Positions 17,544 to 26,824 of a stretch of 64,000 bases of DNA are shown one piece after another. The notes beneath the pieces were generated by a model. It did no database searches. It saw nothing but the letters and a program-made list of their open reading frames with translations, and was not told the DNA's origin. Where the stretch lies: the NCBI GenBank assembly GCA_964342815.1, contig CAYFHS010000017.1, positions 13,302-77,301 on the forward strand, written 5' to 3'. Positions within the stretch are counted from its first letter, which is position 1; the number at the start of each line of letters is the position of its first letter. The stretch is from an uncultured archaeon (lineage in GTDB: Archaea; Thermoplasmatota; Penumbrarchaeia; JASLWR01). Position numbers and translations under genes: made by a program.

Positions 17544-19079
17544 ATGACCGAGGATAAAGGAGCACAGGATCGAACGCTTGGAAACTGGCGTCGAACCCAT
17601 TACTGCGGCGACATATGGAAATATTCCTACGGGAGAACGGTTGTGGTAGGCGGGTGGATACAAGAGCTGAGGAACCTAGGAGGAGTGGCGTTTTTAAAGC
17701 TGCGGGACCGGACAGGAACCCTGCAGATCACTCTTGAAAAGAGCACGATACCGGAAATTTTCGACTCTCTCTCGGACCTCTCGAGAGAAAGCGTGATAAT
17801 GGTAAAGGGAAAGGTTATGGAAAATCCACGTGCTCCAAGGGGTTTCGAGATCATACCTGAGGAGGTGAAGGTTCTGGCCGAGTCCGCAGTACCCCTGCCG
17901 CTGGGTGTGTCAGACAAGGTGTTTGCAGAGCTGGACACGCGGCTGGATAAGCGATTTCTGGATCTCAGAAAGAGAGAAATTTATTCTATCTTCAAGATAA
18001 AGGGCGAGATACTGGATGCCATGGTCAGGGGACTTCAGGGGCTGGGTTTCGTTCAAGTGCAGACACCCAAGATCGTCGCCACGGCTACCGAAGGAGGTAC
18101 CGAGCTTTTCGAGGTAGATTATTTCAAGAACAAATGTTATCTGAACCAGTCGCCACAGCTGTACAAGCAAATGCTCATGGGTGCCGGTTTCGACCGGGTG
18201 TTCGAAATAGGCCCGGCCTTCAGGGCGGAAGAGCATGATACGGTCAGACATTTAAACGAGTTCATTTCCATAGATATCGAAATGTCCTTTGCGGACGAGT
18301 GGGATGCAATGGACGTTCTCGAGAAGGTGGTCCGTTCCGCCGTTGAGAGAGCTTCCGAATGCAAAAAGGAGATCGAGTCCATAAACGACGGCCGGAAAAC
18401 GCTTAATAAACTCATAAACAAGGTAAATCAAAACGTGGCTGTCACTAATAAAAGAATCAAAAAGGAGAACCAGAGGGCGAAGGCGGTAGGTGAAGAGCCA
18501 AAACAGCTGTTGAAACCAAAAGAAAAGTTTGATACACTCGACATCAAGCCAATCGAAAAGACGATTCTAAGCTACATGGACAACTACGATGCGGAAAAGG
18601 CAAAGAAAGCCGGAATGCCGAGAGTGAAATACGAGGAATGCATCGAAATTGCGCAGGCCAAGAGAATAGACGTCGATTTCGGCGAGGACCTTTCAATGGA
18701 GGCCATGAAGGTAATAGCGGAAGTTTACCCGTCGTATTATTTCATTACGCACTGGCCTACGGAGATAAAACCATTTTACGTACAGCCTTACGAGAACACG
18801 CCTGAGGTCTGCCGGTCCTTCGACCTGAACTTCGGGCCAAAAGAGATCACTTCGGGGGCACAGCGCGTTCACGACATAGAGTTACTGGAATCGAATTTGA
18901 AGGCAAAAAACCTTGATCCAAAGAATTTCGATTTTTATCTTGACCCGTTCAGGTTCGGAATGCCGCCGCATGCAGGGTGGGGGCTTGGTCTCGAGCGCTT
19001 GATGATGGTTCTGACGGGGGTTCGAAATGTGCGGGAGGTCGTGCTGTTCCCGAGGGATAGATATAGGCTTGTACCGTGA
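17544..19079 (+). CDS. aspS: Archaeal-type aspartyl-tRNA synthetase (specificity for tRNA-Asp only or tRNA-Asp/Asn unresolved)
   Basis: RRTHY, GWIQELRNLGG.AF..LRDRTG, LDTRLD.RFLDLR, ATEGG.ELF, LNQSPQLYKQ, FRAEEHDT.RHLNEF.SIDIE, EITSGAQRVH, GMPPHAGWGLGLERL, LFPRD. Confidence 0.97.
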   Translation: MTEDKGAQDRTLGNWRRTHYCGDIWKYSYGRTVVVGGWIQELRNLGGVAFLKLRDRTGTLQITLEKSTIPEIFDSLSDLSRESVIMVKGKVMENPRAPRGFEIIPEEVKVLAESAVPLPLGVSDKVFAELDTRLDKRFLDLRKREIYSIFKIKGEILDAMVRGLQGLGFVQVQTPKIVATATEGGTELFEVDYFKNKCYLNQSPQLYKQMLMGAGFDRVFEIGPAFRAEEHDTVRHLNEFISIDIEMSFADEWDAMDVLEKVVRSAVERASECKKEIESINDGRKTLNKLINKVNQNVAVTNKRIKKENQRAKAVGEEPKQLLKPKEKFDTLDIKPIEKTILSYMDNYDAEKAKKAGMPRVKYEECIEIAQAKRIDVDFGEDLSMEAMKVIAEVYPSYYFITHWPTEIKPFYVQPYENTPEVCRSFDLNFGPKEITSGAQRVHDIELLESNLKAKNLDPKNFDFYLDPFRFGMPPHAGWGLGLERLMMVLTGVRNVREVVLFPRDRYRLVP

Positions 19080-19127
19080 TTAATGTATAGCGGATTCGCG
19101 AAGTTGCGGGGGCGGCAGGTTTCTTTC

Positions 19128-19547
19128 TCATAACCCGATTATCGGTATTTCTTTGACATTTCTGAATTCAGAATCAGTAGTAATGATATAATCTGCCTCA
19201 TGCTCCATAGCAGTAGCAAGGCAAAATGCGTCGCCCCATGCAAAAGGCTCCTTCGAGGAGGCGTATTTCTGCTTCTTTATAGATGCCAAACAGGCAGTTT
19301 CAACACTCGGTGTAACAATATACAATCGGGATTCTCTCAGCCAGGTGACATACTTATCGGCTTTCTCTTCGGAAATGATCCTTGTCATAGCTCTATGGAA
19401 TTCAGCCAGGTTCACAACCGACAATATCCCTTCATATTTACCCTTTTCAATGTTAACCATAATCCTTTCGATGTCCTTGCTAACCGTATCATCGGTTATA
19501 TAAACAACCAGGGCAGTAGCATCAAAGCAGTATTTCATATGATTCAC
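19128..19547 (-). CDS. vapC: PIN-domain (VapC-like) toxin
   Basis: YCFDATALV, LSVVNLAEF, WGDAFCLATA, IITTDSEF: acidic PIN motif residues. Overlaps the upstream antitoxin stop by 4 nt. Confidence 0.9.
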   Translation of the reverse strand: MNHMKYCFDATALVVYITDDTVSKDIERIMVNIEKGKYEGILSVVNLAEFHRAMTRIISEEKADKYVTWLRESRLYIVTPSVETACLASIKKQKYASSKEPFAWGDAFCLATAMEHEADYIITTDSEFRNVKEIPIIGL

Positions 19548-19786
19548 TTCCCTTGTTCAGCGTTTATCTCCTCATTTCTCAAATCCTCGAGAATCTTCCT
19601 GACATTCTTATTTGTCTTTATAGAGCCCCGCATCTTCTGAAGTGGATTGCTGGGTACTTTGAACATCACTATTTCATCACCCTTCTTAAGAAATGAAATG
19701 TTGTCTCCTACCTTCAAATCAGTTGTTTTCCGAATTTCCTTTGGGATCGTGATTCGAAATCTAGGTGATACGCATACGACAGTCAT
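19544..19786 (-). CDS. vapB: AbrB/MazE/SpoVT-family antitoxin
   Basis: VSPRFRITIPKEIRK..DLKVGD.I.F swapped-hairpin motif; GAGG upstream of the ATG at 19786. Confidence 0.88.
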   Translation of the reverse strand: MTVVCVSPRFRITIPKEIRKTTDLKVGDNISFLKKGDEIVMFKVPSNPLQKMRGSIKTNKNVRKILEDLRNEEINAEQGK

Positions 19787-19971
19787 TATATCCCTCAATT
19801 TCATTTTTTACTGATATAATTAATAAATGTCCAACAACATATATGTTTTACGGGTAAATTATTATTAATGTGGGTTTTGAGTGAATCCCTAGCAATGGAC
19901 ACATGGAATAGCTCTGAATGATTTTATACATAAAGATATAAGATAGCATGATGATAGTAAAAATGATATAT

Positions 19972-20217
19972 ATGCATGATACACAAGTAATCTTCAGGAT
20001 CGATTAGGGTTTGCCGACGCAACTGGACAGTAGAATACATATTTCCGGATACAAAACGAGAAACGAATGGTTCAAAGCGGAAGTAAGAGAATTTGTTAAA
20101 GAAGTCGATAAAAGGAAAATGCTCAAGAAGTTGGAAAAATTAACAATCGAGGATATTACCGCGGATGAATTTGTCCAGATGGTCAAGGATTGGCGCAAGG
20201 GTAAGGGGAGTAATTGA
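19972..20217 (+). pseudogene. Ribbon-helix-helix (CopG-like) antitoxin with an in-frame TAG at 20005
   Basis: ATG 19972 reads MHDTQVIFRID*GLPTQLDSRIHISGYKTRNEWFKAEVREF...; the RHH beta-strand (TQVIFRID) lies before the stop. Confidence 0.7.
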
Positions 20218-20315
20218 GGATAATAACTGATACAAACGTCCTTATAGCGATGCTGATCAAAACGGGTTTAGTAAGAAAAACGATTATAAACAATCTTGTG
20301 GTACATGGGCTGTAG
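20214..20315 (+). pseudogene. Truncated PIN-domain toxin (N-terminal 33 codons only)
   Basis: TTG overlaps the antitoxin TGA (TTGA). Reads MRIITDTNVLIAMLIKTGLVRKTII..., a typical PIN start (xxxxDTNVL), then stops just before the convergent gene. Confidence 0.72.
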
Positions 20316-20336
20316 CGTGCGCTTCCTCTGTATGTA

Positions 20337-21290
20337 TTAGTGAAATTTAGTCACAAACTTATGTAAAAAAAGAACAGCTATAAATAAGCCTATGACCAAA
20401 TAGGATAACTCAAATCCCGGTATGATTTCATCATCCGCCATCTCACCCCCCGACTTCATCTTTCCATCTCCATTCGTACCATTTTCCTCCCCGGTTATAT
20501 TCAGGAAAAGCTCATAGACCTGTTCATCCATCTCATCTCCAGTGCGCAGGACCGTATAAACGTCGAATGAGTTCAAATTTATAAGGGCGTTTGTAGGAAC
20601 AGACACGGTAATACCGACTAATTCTTCACGACTCTTATCTATAATAAAATTAGATTTATCATTTTCAAAAGTCCAGCTCTGCTCGACCATATCATCTATT
20701 TCATTTATTTCCATGCTAATGCTTGCTTCTGCATTTCCATCATTTTTTACTTTCAACTGGAACAAAACACTTTCTCCGGGTAACGCTTCAATATATGGAT
20801 CCCAACATGAAACAGTTAACATGGCGTACTCGGCTATTCGAATTATTCCCTTTGCAGACGGAAGGTTCGATAATAATGCACCAGGATATGTCTTTATCGT
20901 ACCATTGATAATGATCTCTTCTACCCGAGTGGCTGAAGTAAAGTTCGGAACCCTAACTACCGCTTCAAATTCTTTAGGAACATCTGTCTCCTGTGGATCC
21001 CAGCTCATGGTTGTGGGTGAAATGGAGGCAGGCCAAGGAGCTTCTATTGTTAATGATACCACTACCATCTGCACATTTTTCCCAATTCCGGTCAAGTTCA
21101 CCTTAACTTCACCAGTGAAGTTTACTATGCCATCCTCACCGGGCCCGACCTCGGCGACCTGTTCAGATTGATGTAGAATTATCTCCCCTGAAGGTTGAGA
21201 TGCAATCGACATCTCGGGAATAATTATTATTGTCAATGTAATTAAGAAGATAACGAATAGGAAAACAGTGAAGAACCGGCTTATGTTCAT
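20337..21290 (-). CDS. Choice-of-anchor T-like surface protein with PGF-CTERM-like tail
   Basis: Signal peptide; AEVGPGEDGIVNFTGEV N-terminal domain; Ig-like VKNDGN domain; C-terminal IIPGFELSYLVIGLFIAVLFLHK. GGAGG before ATG 21290. Confidence 0.75.
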   Translation of the reverse strand: MNISRFFTVFLFVIFLITLTIIIIPEMSIASQPSGEIILHQSEQVAEVGPGEDGIVNFTGEVKVNLTGIGKNVQMVVVSLTIEAPWPASISPTTMSWDPQETDVPKEFEAVVRVPNFTSATRVEEIIINGTIKTYPGALLSNLPSAKGIIRIAEYAMLTVSCWDPYIEALPGESVLFQLKVKNDGNAEASISMEINEIDDMVEQSWTFENDKSNFIIDKSREELVGITVSVPTNALINLNSFDVYTVLRTGDEMDEQVYELFLNITGEENGTNGDGKMKSGGEMADDEIIPGFELSYLVIGLFIAVLFLHKFVTKFH

Positions 21291-21472
21291 TCGGATTCCT
21301 CCAATAATAAAATACAATTTCTTTCATATAAATATCCTTTGTCAAGTTTAGAAAAATAAAGTTTTGTTCGACAACTATTGATTCTTACTTGTTGATTCGC
21401 TTGTACTCTATTATTTATATAATGAAAACCTTATTTTACAATGTATCTCGACAAAATCCTAAAGGAATTGCC

Positions 21473-24127
21473 ATGTATTTGAAAAAAACGGTTACTCTGG
21501 CGTTGACTCTGCTCCTCCTCTCATCATATTGTATCATCGGTTTTGATCTAACTCAACCAGAGAAAAGGGAAGCGCACCTATCAACTAGCGTGATACAGAG
21601 TAAAGATGATCCATACATAAGAACCAGGTTCGCAGGCGGGGATGGTACTAAAGAAAATCCGTATCAGATATCTAATGTTACGCAGCTGCAGGATATGAAT
21701 TTGGATTTGTCTGCGAATTATACTTTAACTAATAACATTGATGCTTCAGAGACGACGACTTGGGATTCTGGTAAAGGATTCGAATCCATTGGGGACGATT
21801 ACAAAGCTAGATTCATCGGAAAAATAGATGGCCAAGGGTATCAAATCTCAGACCTTTATATTGAAAGACCGACCGAGAATCCTGTTGGACTTTTCGAATG
21901 TATAGGTAATGGAGGACATATCAGCAATATTTCAATAGTTGATAGTCAAGTTGTTGGCGATTGGAATGTTGGAGTGATGGTGGGATTGAATTATGGTATA
22001 GTTCAGAATTGCCTGGGAACAGGATATATGAGCGGAGAATGGAGCGTAGGTGGGTTAGTAGGTGAGAATAGAGGTATGGTTAACAATTGCTTGGCAATAG
22101 GAAATGTGTGGGGCGGATTTATGATTGGTGGATTAGTGGGTGAGAATACAGAGACTGTTCAGAACAGCTCAGCAACAGGAAATGTGAATGGAGAATCGGA
22201 TGTTGGGGGTTTAGTGGGTTGGAATACTGGAGTGGTTCAGAACAGTTCTTCAGCGGGGAATGTGAGTGGAGAGTATGGCATTGGCGGATTAGTGGGATAT
22301 AATTCAGACACGATACAGAATTGCTTTTCAAACACTAATATATCTGGATATGCGGAAATCGGAGGACTGGTGGGATTAAACTATGAGAGAATCGAAAATT
22401 CGTTCTATTGTATTAATACAACCACTATAAATCGAAGAAACGTAATTTCTCGCTATGGAATCCTTAAAAAACAATTTGATCAGTGGATAGTTAATGGAAA
22501 AACACTCAACATAGATGATTATCTTTCCAAGATCATTGGTTCGGATTACTACAATATTTCAAATACATCAGATATAAAAGAAATGCTTCCTTTCGCGGCA
22601 TATGGTGAGTATAATTTTAAACAGACCGCCGATATCGATATGTTATCCGAACCTAACCTATACATTCCCATATTAAATTCAGGAAAATATGATGGATCCG
22701 GTTATTTGATATCGAACATGAAAGTCACTATTCGTGAGTTTTCAAAAATTGGATTTTTTGGGATTCTTGGTAAAAAAGCAACTATTACTAATGTTACACT
22801 AATTAAGAATAACATACATGGTTTTGATTATATTGGCGGTCTTGTGGGTCATAATTATGGTGAAATCAAGAACTGTACGATTAGTGGAAACATTGCGGGT
22901 CGCAGAGATGTCGGAGGGCTTGTAGGAGTGAATACTGGCATTATTGAGAACTCATCCTCACGTGCAAATACATCAGGCGATAGGAATATTGGTGGATTGG
23001 TAGGCTCTAACTATATAAACATAATAAATTCGTTCTCAATGGGTAATATATATGGAATTATTGGATGGAACTTTAGTAATGTTGGAGGATTTGTTGGGTA
23101 TAATCATGGAACAATAAAACGATGTATTACAAAAACTAATGTATTTGGAAATTATGGTGTTGGTGGTTTTGTTGGAGAGAACTCAGGTGGATTTGAAGGT
23201 GGTATTATTAAAAAATCATCAACGACTGCGAATGTATCCGGTATTGGATATGTTGGTGGATTCGTTGGGGAAAATAGTGGAGCCATAAAAGAAAGTTATT
23301 CAGATACAAATGTATCTGGTGAATATTATGTTGGAGGATTTGTTGGATTGTATTCCGGTGGATCGTCATTGTTTTGTATTATTGAAAACTGCTATTCAAA
23401 AAGCATAGTTTTTGGGAATTTTAGTGTCGGTGGTTTTGTTGGAAACCATACAAATCGCTCAATACGCCCGGGTGTTTTCAAAAATTGTTATTCAATAGGT
23501 AAACTGTATGGTAACTATTCTATTGGAGGTTTTTTAGGGGGGGAAACTAGCCCGATAATCAATAATAGTTACTGGGATATAGAAGCATCCGGTATAAGTT
23601 CAAGTGGAGCTGGCAAGGGGATAATGACCTTTGAAATGATGACCAAAAGCACTTTCACAGAGGCGGGTTGGGATTTTGGTGAAATATGGGCAATTAACGA
23701 ATATGTCGAACCCCCTCATTTTCAATGGGAAAAACGACCATCTATTGTAGCTGATGATTCCGATAATGACAGTATTCCAGATATCATAGACGATTTTCCT
23801 CTTGATCCTTCTGCATCCTTAGATCTGGACAACGACAAGAAACCGGACCGGTGGAATCCCGGTATGAACCAAAGTGACTCAACGTCGACCCCTCCATTAG
23901 AACTGGATATATACCCAAACGATCCTGAAAACAAAGCACCGGATGAAGATGGTCCTGAAATCCCAACAGATAGTAGTTCAAAGACCTGGATTTGGATCTC
24001 GGTGACCGTTGTGGTTATATTATTTAACGCCATTATTATTGTTGTATCAGTCAAGGGTAAAAGAAAGCCACCGGAAAATGAAGAAAAAGATAATCTTGGT
24101 AGGGTTAACGCCAATAAAGACCGTTAG
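21473..24127 (+). CDS. GLUG-motif repeat surface protein with Ca-binding DxDxD motifs and C-terminal TM
   Basis: FAGGDGTKENPYQISNVTQLQDM lead-in; many VGGLVG.N.G..N repeats in two blocks; DSDNDSIPD..DDFPLDP; TM WIWISVTVVVILFNAIIIVV. Start MYLKKTV at 21473. Confidence 0.9.
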   Translation: MYLKKTVTLALTLLLLSSYCIIGFDLTQPEKREAHLSTSVIQSKDDPYIRTRFAGGDGTKENPYQISNVTQLQDMNLDLSANYTLTNNIDASETTTWDSGKGFESIGDDYKARFIGKIDGQGYQISDLYIERPTENPVGLFECIGNGGHISNISIVDSQVVGDWNVGVMVGLNYGIVQNCLGTGYMSGEWSVGGLVGENRGMVNNCLAIGNVWGGFMIGGLVGENTETVQNSSATGNVNGESDVGGLVGWNTGVVQNSSSAGNVSGEYGIGGLVGYNSDTIQNCFSNTNISGYAEIGGLVGLNYERIENSFYCINTTTINRRNVISRYGILKKQFDQWIVNGKTLNIDDYLSKIIGSDYYNISNTSDIKEMLPFAAYGEYNFKQTADIDMLSEPNLYIPILNSGKYDGSGYLISNMKVTIREFSKIGFFGILGKKATITNVTLIKNNIHGFDYIGGLVGHNYGEIKNCTISGNIAGRRDVGGLVGVNTGIIENSSSRANTSGDRNIGGLVGSNYINIINSFSMGNIYGIIGWNFSNVGGFVGYNHGTIKRCITKTNVFGNYGVGGFVGENSGGFEGGIIKKSSTTANVSGIGYVGGFVGENSGAIKESYSDTNVSGEYYVGGFVGLYSGGSSLFCIIENCYSKSIVFGNFSVGGFVGNHTNRSIRPGVFKNCYSIGKLYGNYSIGGFLGGETSPIINNSYWDIEASGISSSGAGKGIMTFEMMTKSTFTEAGWDFGEIWAINEYVEPPHFQWEKRPSIVADDSDNDSIPDIIDDFPLDPSASLDLDNDKKPDRWNPGMNQSDSTSTPPLELDIYPNDPENKAPDEDGPEIPTDSSSKTWIWISVTVVVILFNAIIIVVSVKGKRKPPENEEKDNLGRVNANKDR

Positions 24128-24345
24128 AATTCCAATCCCTTACGTACTTCTTTATGTGTTTTAAAATTCCCAGATTCAATTTCTTTAAGAGAATTTGCGA
24201 TCTCTCGTTTTGTTTTATCATTCAATTTCTGCATATCTTCCATTAATCTCTCGAGAACATCGTTGTACGATTCACGCTCATACAATTTAAGATTGTTAAG
24301 TTGGTCCCGCATTTCGTTTGATATTTGTATCATAGATGACATCAT
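24124..24345 (-). CDS. Small archaeal antitoxin-like DNA-binding protein with no adjacent toxin
   Basis: IQISNEMRDQLNNLKLYERESYNDVLERL...EIESGNFKTHKEVRKGL resembles archaeal RHH-type antitoxins that often precede RelE. Its stop overlaps the convergent GLUG gene stop. Confidence 0.7.
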   Translation of the reverse strand: MMSSMIQISNEMRDQLNNLKLYERESYNDVLERLMEDMQKLNDKTKREIANSLKEIESGNFKTHKEVRKGLEF

Positions 24346-24448
24346 TGATATATATGGTCAAACAAGCATTTATAGTCTACTGTTGCCCGGTCTAACTGAT
24401 TTTAAAGAAGGAATTTCAGGACGGTAAATCCCCTAACCATGAAGTTCT

Positions 24449-26824
24449 TCAAGTTATAATCCTCTGCCTTATTGTATCGGCAAGATTTGCCTTGATTATA
24501 TGCCGTCCCGAGATCATGGAGGCCGCAACGGTGGCAATTGCCGCAATTACCGCAGTCAGCACGTAGACGGATAAACCTATCTCCATCTCAAAATACATCA
24601 GGTCCTGCACAAGATATGACATGGTCCACTTGGTGGTAAGCAGGCCCAGGGGAAGACCGATCACCACCCCGCCCACCAGCACTATCAAACTTTCTCCCAC
24701 CACCATGTTCCTCACCCTGCCGGGAGTGGCCCCGATGGCCCTCAATGAAAGAAACTCCATTTCCCGGTCAAGGACATTGAGAACAACCGTGGTGGAAACG
24801 AAAAGAACTTCCGCCATCATTCCGAACCCGATAAATACGAAAAACATAGAGGTAAGACTGGCCATCATGGTTTCCATACCGTCCACAGCATCCTGCGTAT
24901 AGGAAAATGATGCGATGGGAAGCTCATCCCGTAGCTTTTCCTCAAGATCGTCCCGGCTCAGCTCACCCTGGTCTATTAAGACCGCATTCACGTTCCCTTC
25001 GTTATATAATAATTTTTCAGCCTGGTAAAGCGTCATGAATATGCTTTCATCCAAAAGTTCTCCGGTAATTCCGGTCACTGTGGCCGTTGAAGTGTCGTTT
25101 CCTATGACGAACCAGAGCTGTGATCCCGGTTTCAGATCCAGCTTGTTGGCCAGTATCGAGCCCACAAGTACACCTTTATCGAAGTCTTTTTCTCCTTCAA
25201 TGACGTGAAAGTTACGGAGTTTCGATCCGTTGACGAACGCCTGAACGTGGGCAAAGTTCATCTTGTCCTTCAAGCTCACCGGAACGTAATCATTCAAATA
25301 AGGCTCACCAAGGATTCCCTGAAAACCTGGTGAACTTAGAATATCCTTCACTTCATTCTGATCCATATATCCCGTCAATCCCGCTTCCAGGTCCCAGGTT
25401 TCGTACTCGTCATAATTCTTCTCGATGGGCTGCAGAAAGTTCAGGGCCAGGGCCAGCGTGGAAAACACCAGTATCATGGAAAAACCAAGAGCGACAACCG
25501 TGAGAAGCGTCCTGGCCCTGTTCCTGAAAAGGTTGCGGACCGTTATCCTCGGCATTATCTTTCGGTTACGAGCCAATGCATCGAACAGCTTTTCCACTAC
25601 CGGCTTTTTTGAGAATACCTGAGCATGGTAGTTTGAGCTCAGCGCTTCCCGGGGACCTATCTTTACAGCCTTCAAAGCTCCAAAGAATCCGGCTCCGGTA
25701 CAAATAAAAACTCCCGCAAGCACGAAAATGACCGGATAGATCCAGAATATCGTGTAAACCGGATTATGAAGACCAAGTATGCTCGAGTAACCGTATACGA
25801 TGAGATAGGACATGCCGATACCTGCAAATAGCCCCAGGAACGAGCCGAGAATTCCCATGAACAGGCCGAACATGGTATAATGAAGCAGAATGGCGCTCCG
25901 TTTGCCTCCCAAGGCCCCCATGACCCCAATGTACGAGCGCTGTGATGAAATAAGGCGGGTCATTGTATTGTAGATGACCACTCCGGTAACTATCAAAATG
26001 ATGATGCCGAAAGCCCAGCCCATCTTACCCATCCCGTCGGCGTCGGCCTGCGAGAACTGGTAATCCATCTCCTCCGTTCCCAGGATCGACCTGGTAATCC
26101 GCACATCTTTTTGTGCCAATTTCTCCTCGATCCGCTCTTTTATCTCTTTCACATCACGGCCCTTCTCGACGCGGATCAACAACTCGTTGTATGTCCCTTC
26201 CTCCAATCCAAGCTCCTCTACGGCCATTTCGTAGCTTGTAAAAAGTGGAAGCAGAAGAGAAGGTTGGGGCCACCCGGCGTCCGACACTACATAGATGTAT
26301 TCGGGAGAGCCGACGATTCCGGAGACATTCAGCTCAAATGACACGTTCCCATGCAATATTGTCAGTGCCGTACTGGTCTCGATACCGTTCTCCTTGGCGA
26401 ATAAATTTCCAATCAATCCTTCCGGTGAATTTTTATTATTAAAATAATTACCATCCACGAGGGTGTACCCGTTGATCTGTGAGTACGGCTCCTGCGGATA
26501 GAACGGAGCGGATATCCAGTGTGCCTCATATTTATTCCCGGCAATCCGGACCTGGGTGGGAATGAACAGGCGTCCCATGGCCGTTTCAACACCCTCGATT
26601 TCATTGATCTCGGATATGTTGACGTTGCCAATCTCAAAATGTATGTCGATATCCTCGTAATTCGTGTCGTCGAACCTGCCGTTGAAGGTCTCGAAGGCGT
26701 CCTGGGTGGCATTCACGAGACCTATACCCATCCCCACGGACAGGATTATCGCTAGGATGATGGAAATTGTGCGCAGTTTCGCATGCCAAAGGTCCCGCAA
26801 TGCCTTTTTTACCAGTATTATCAT
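24449..26824 (-). CDS. ABC transporter permease, FtsX/MacB-like (two repeats of periplasmic domain plus TMs)
   Basis: KKALRDLWHAKLRTISIIL; RSYIGVMGALGGKRSAI; RNLFRNRARTLLT; DREMEFLSLRAIGATPGRVR. Confidence 0.93.
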   Translation of the reverse strand: MIILVKKALRDLWHAKLRTISIILAIILSVGMGIGLVNATQDAFETFNGRFDDTNYEDIDIHFEIGNVNISEINEIEGVETAMGRLFIPTQVRIAGNKYEAHWISAPFYPQEPYSQINGYTLVDGNYFNNKNSPEGLIGNLFAKENGIETSTALTILHGNVSFELNVSGIVGSPEYIYVVSDAGWPQPSLLLPLFTSYEMAVEELGLEEGTYNELLIRVEKGRDVKEIKERIEEKLAQKDVRITRSILGTEEMDYQFSQADADGMGKMGWAFGIIILIVTGVVIYNTMTRLISSQRSYIGVMGALGGKRSAILLHYTMFGLFMGILGSFLGLFAGIGMSYLIVYGYSSILGLHNPVYTIFWIYPVIFVLAGVFICTGAGFFGALKAVKIGPREALSSNYHAQVFSKKPVVEKLFDALARNRKIMPRITVRNLFRNRARTLLTVVALGFSMILVFSTLALALNFLQPIEKNYDEYETWDLEAGLTGYMDQNEVKDILSSPGFQGILGEPYLNDYVPVSLKDKMNFAHVQAFVNGSKLRNFHVIEGEKDFDKGVLVGSILANKLDLKPGSQLWFVIGNDTSTATVTGITGELLDESIFMTLYQAEKLLYNEGNVNAVLIDQGELSRDDLEEKLRDELPIASFSYTQDAVDGMETMMASLTSMFFVFIGFGMMAEVLFVSTTVVLNVLDREMEFLSLRAIGATPGRVRNMVVGESLIVLVGGVVIGLPLGLLTTKWTMSYLVQDLMYFEMEIGLSVYVLTAVIAAIATVAASMISGRHIIKANLADTIRQRIIT

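Noticed and set aside
20005-20007. In-frame TAG as pyrrolysine recoding
   Set aside because: No pyl or methylamine methyltransferase genes are seen here, and the partner toxin is independently truncated, so nonsense decay is simpler.
19080-24448. Integrated element boundaries (att sites, integrase, IS ends) around the TA patch
   Set aside because: No flanking direct repeat, tRNA target or recombinase gene was found by eye.
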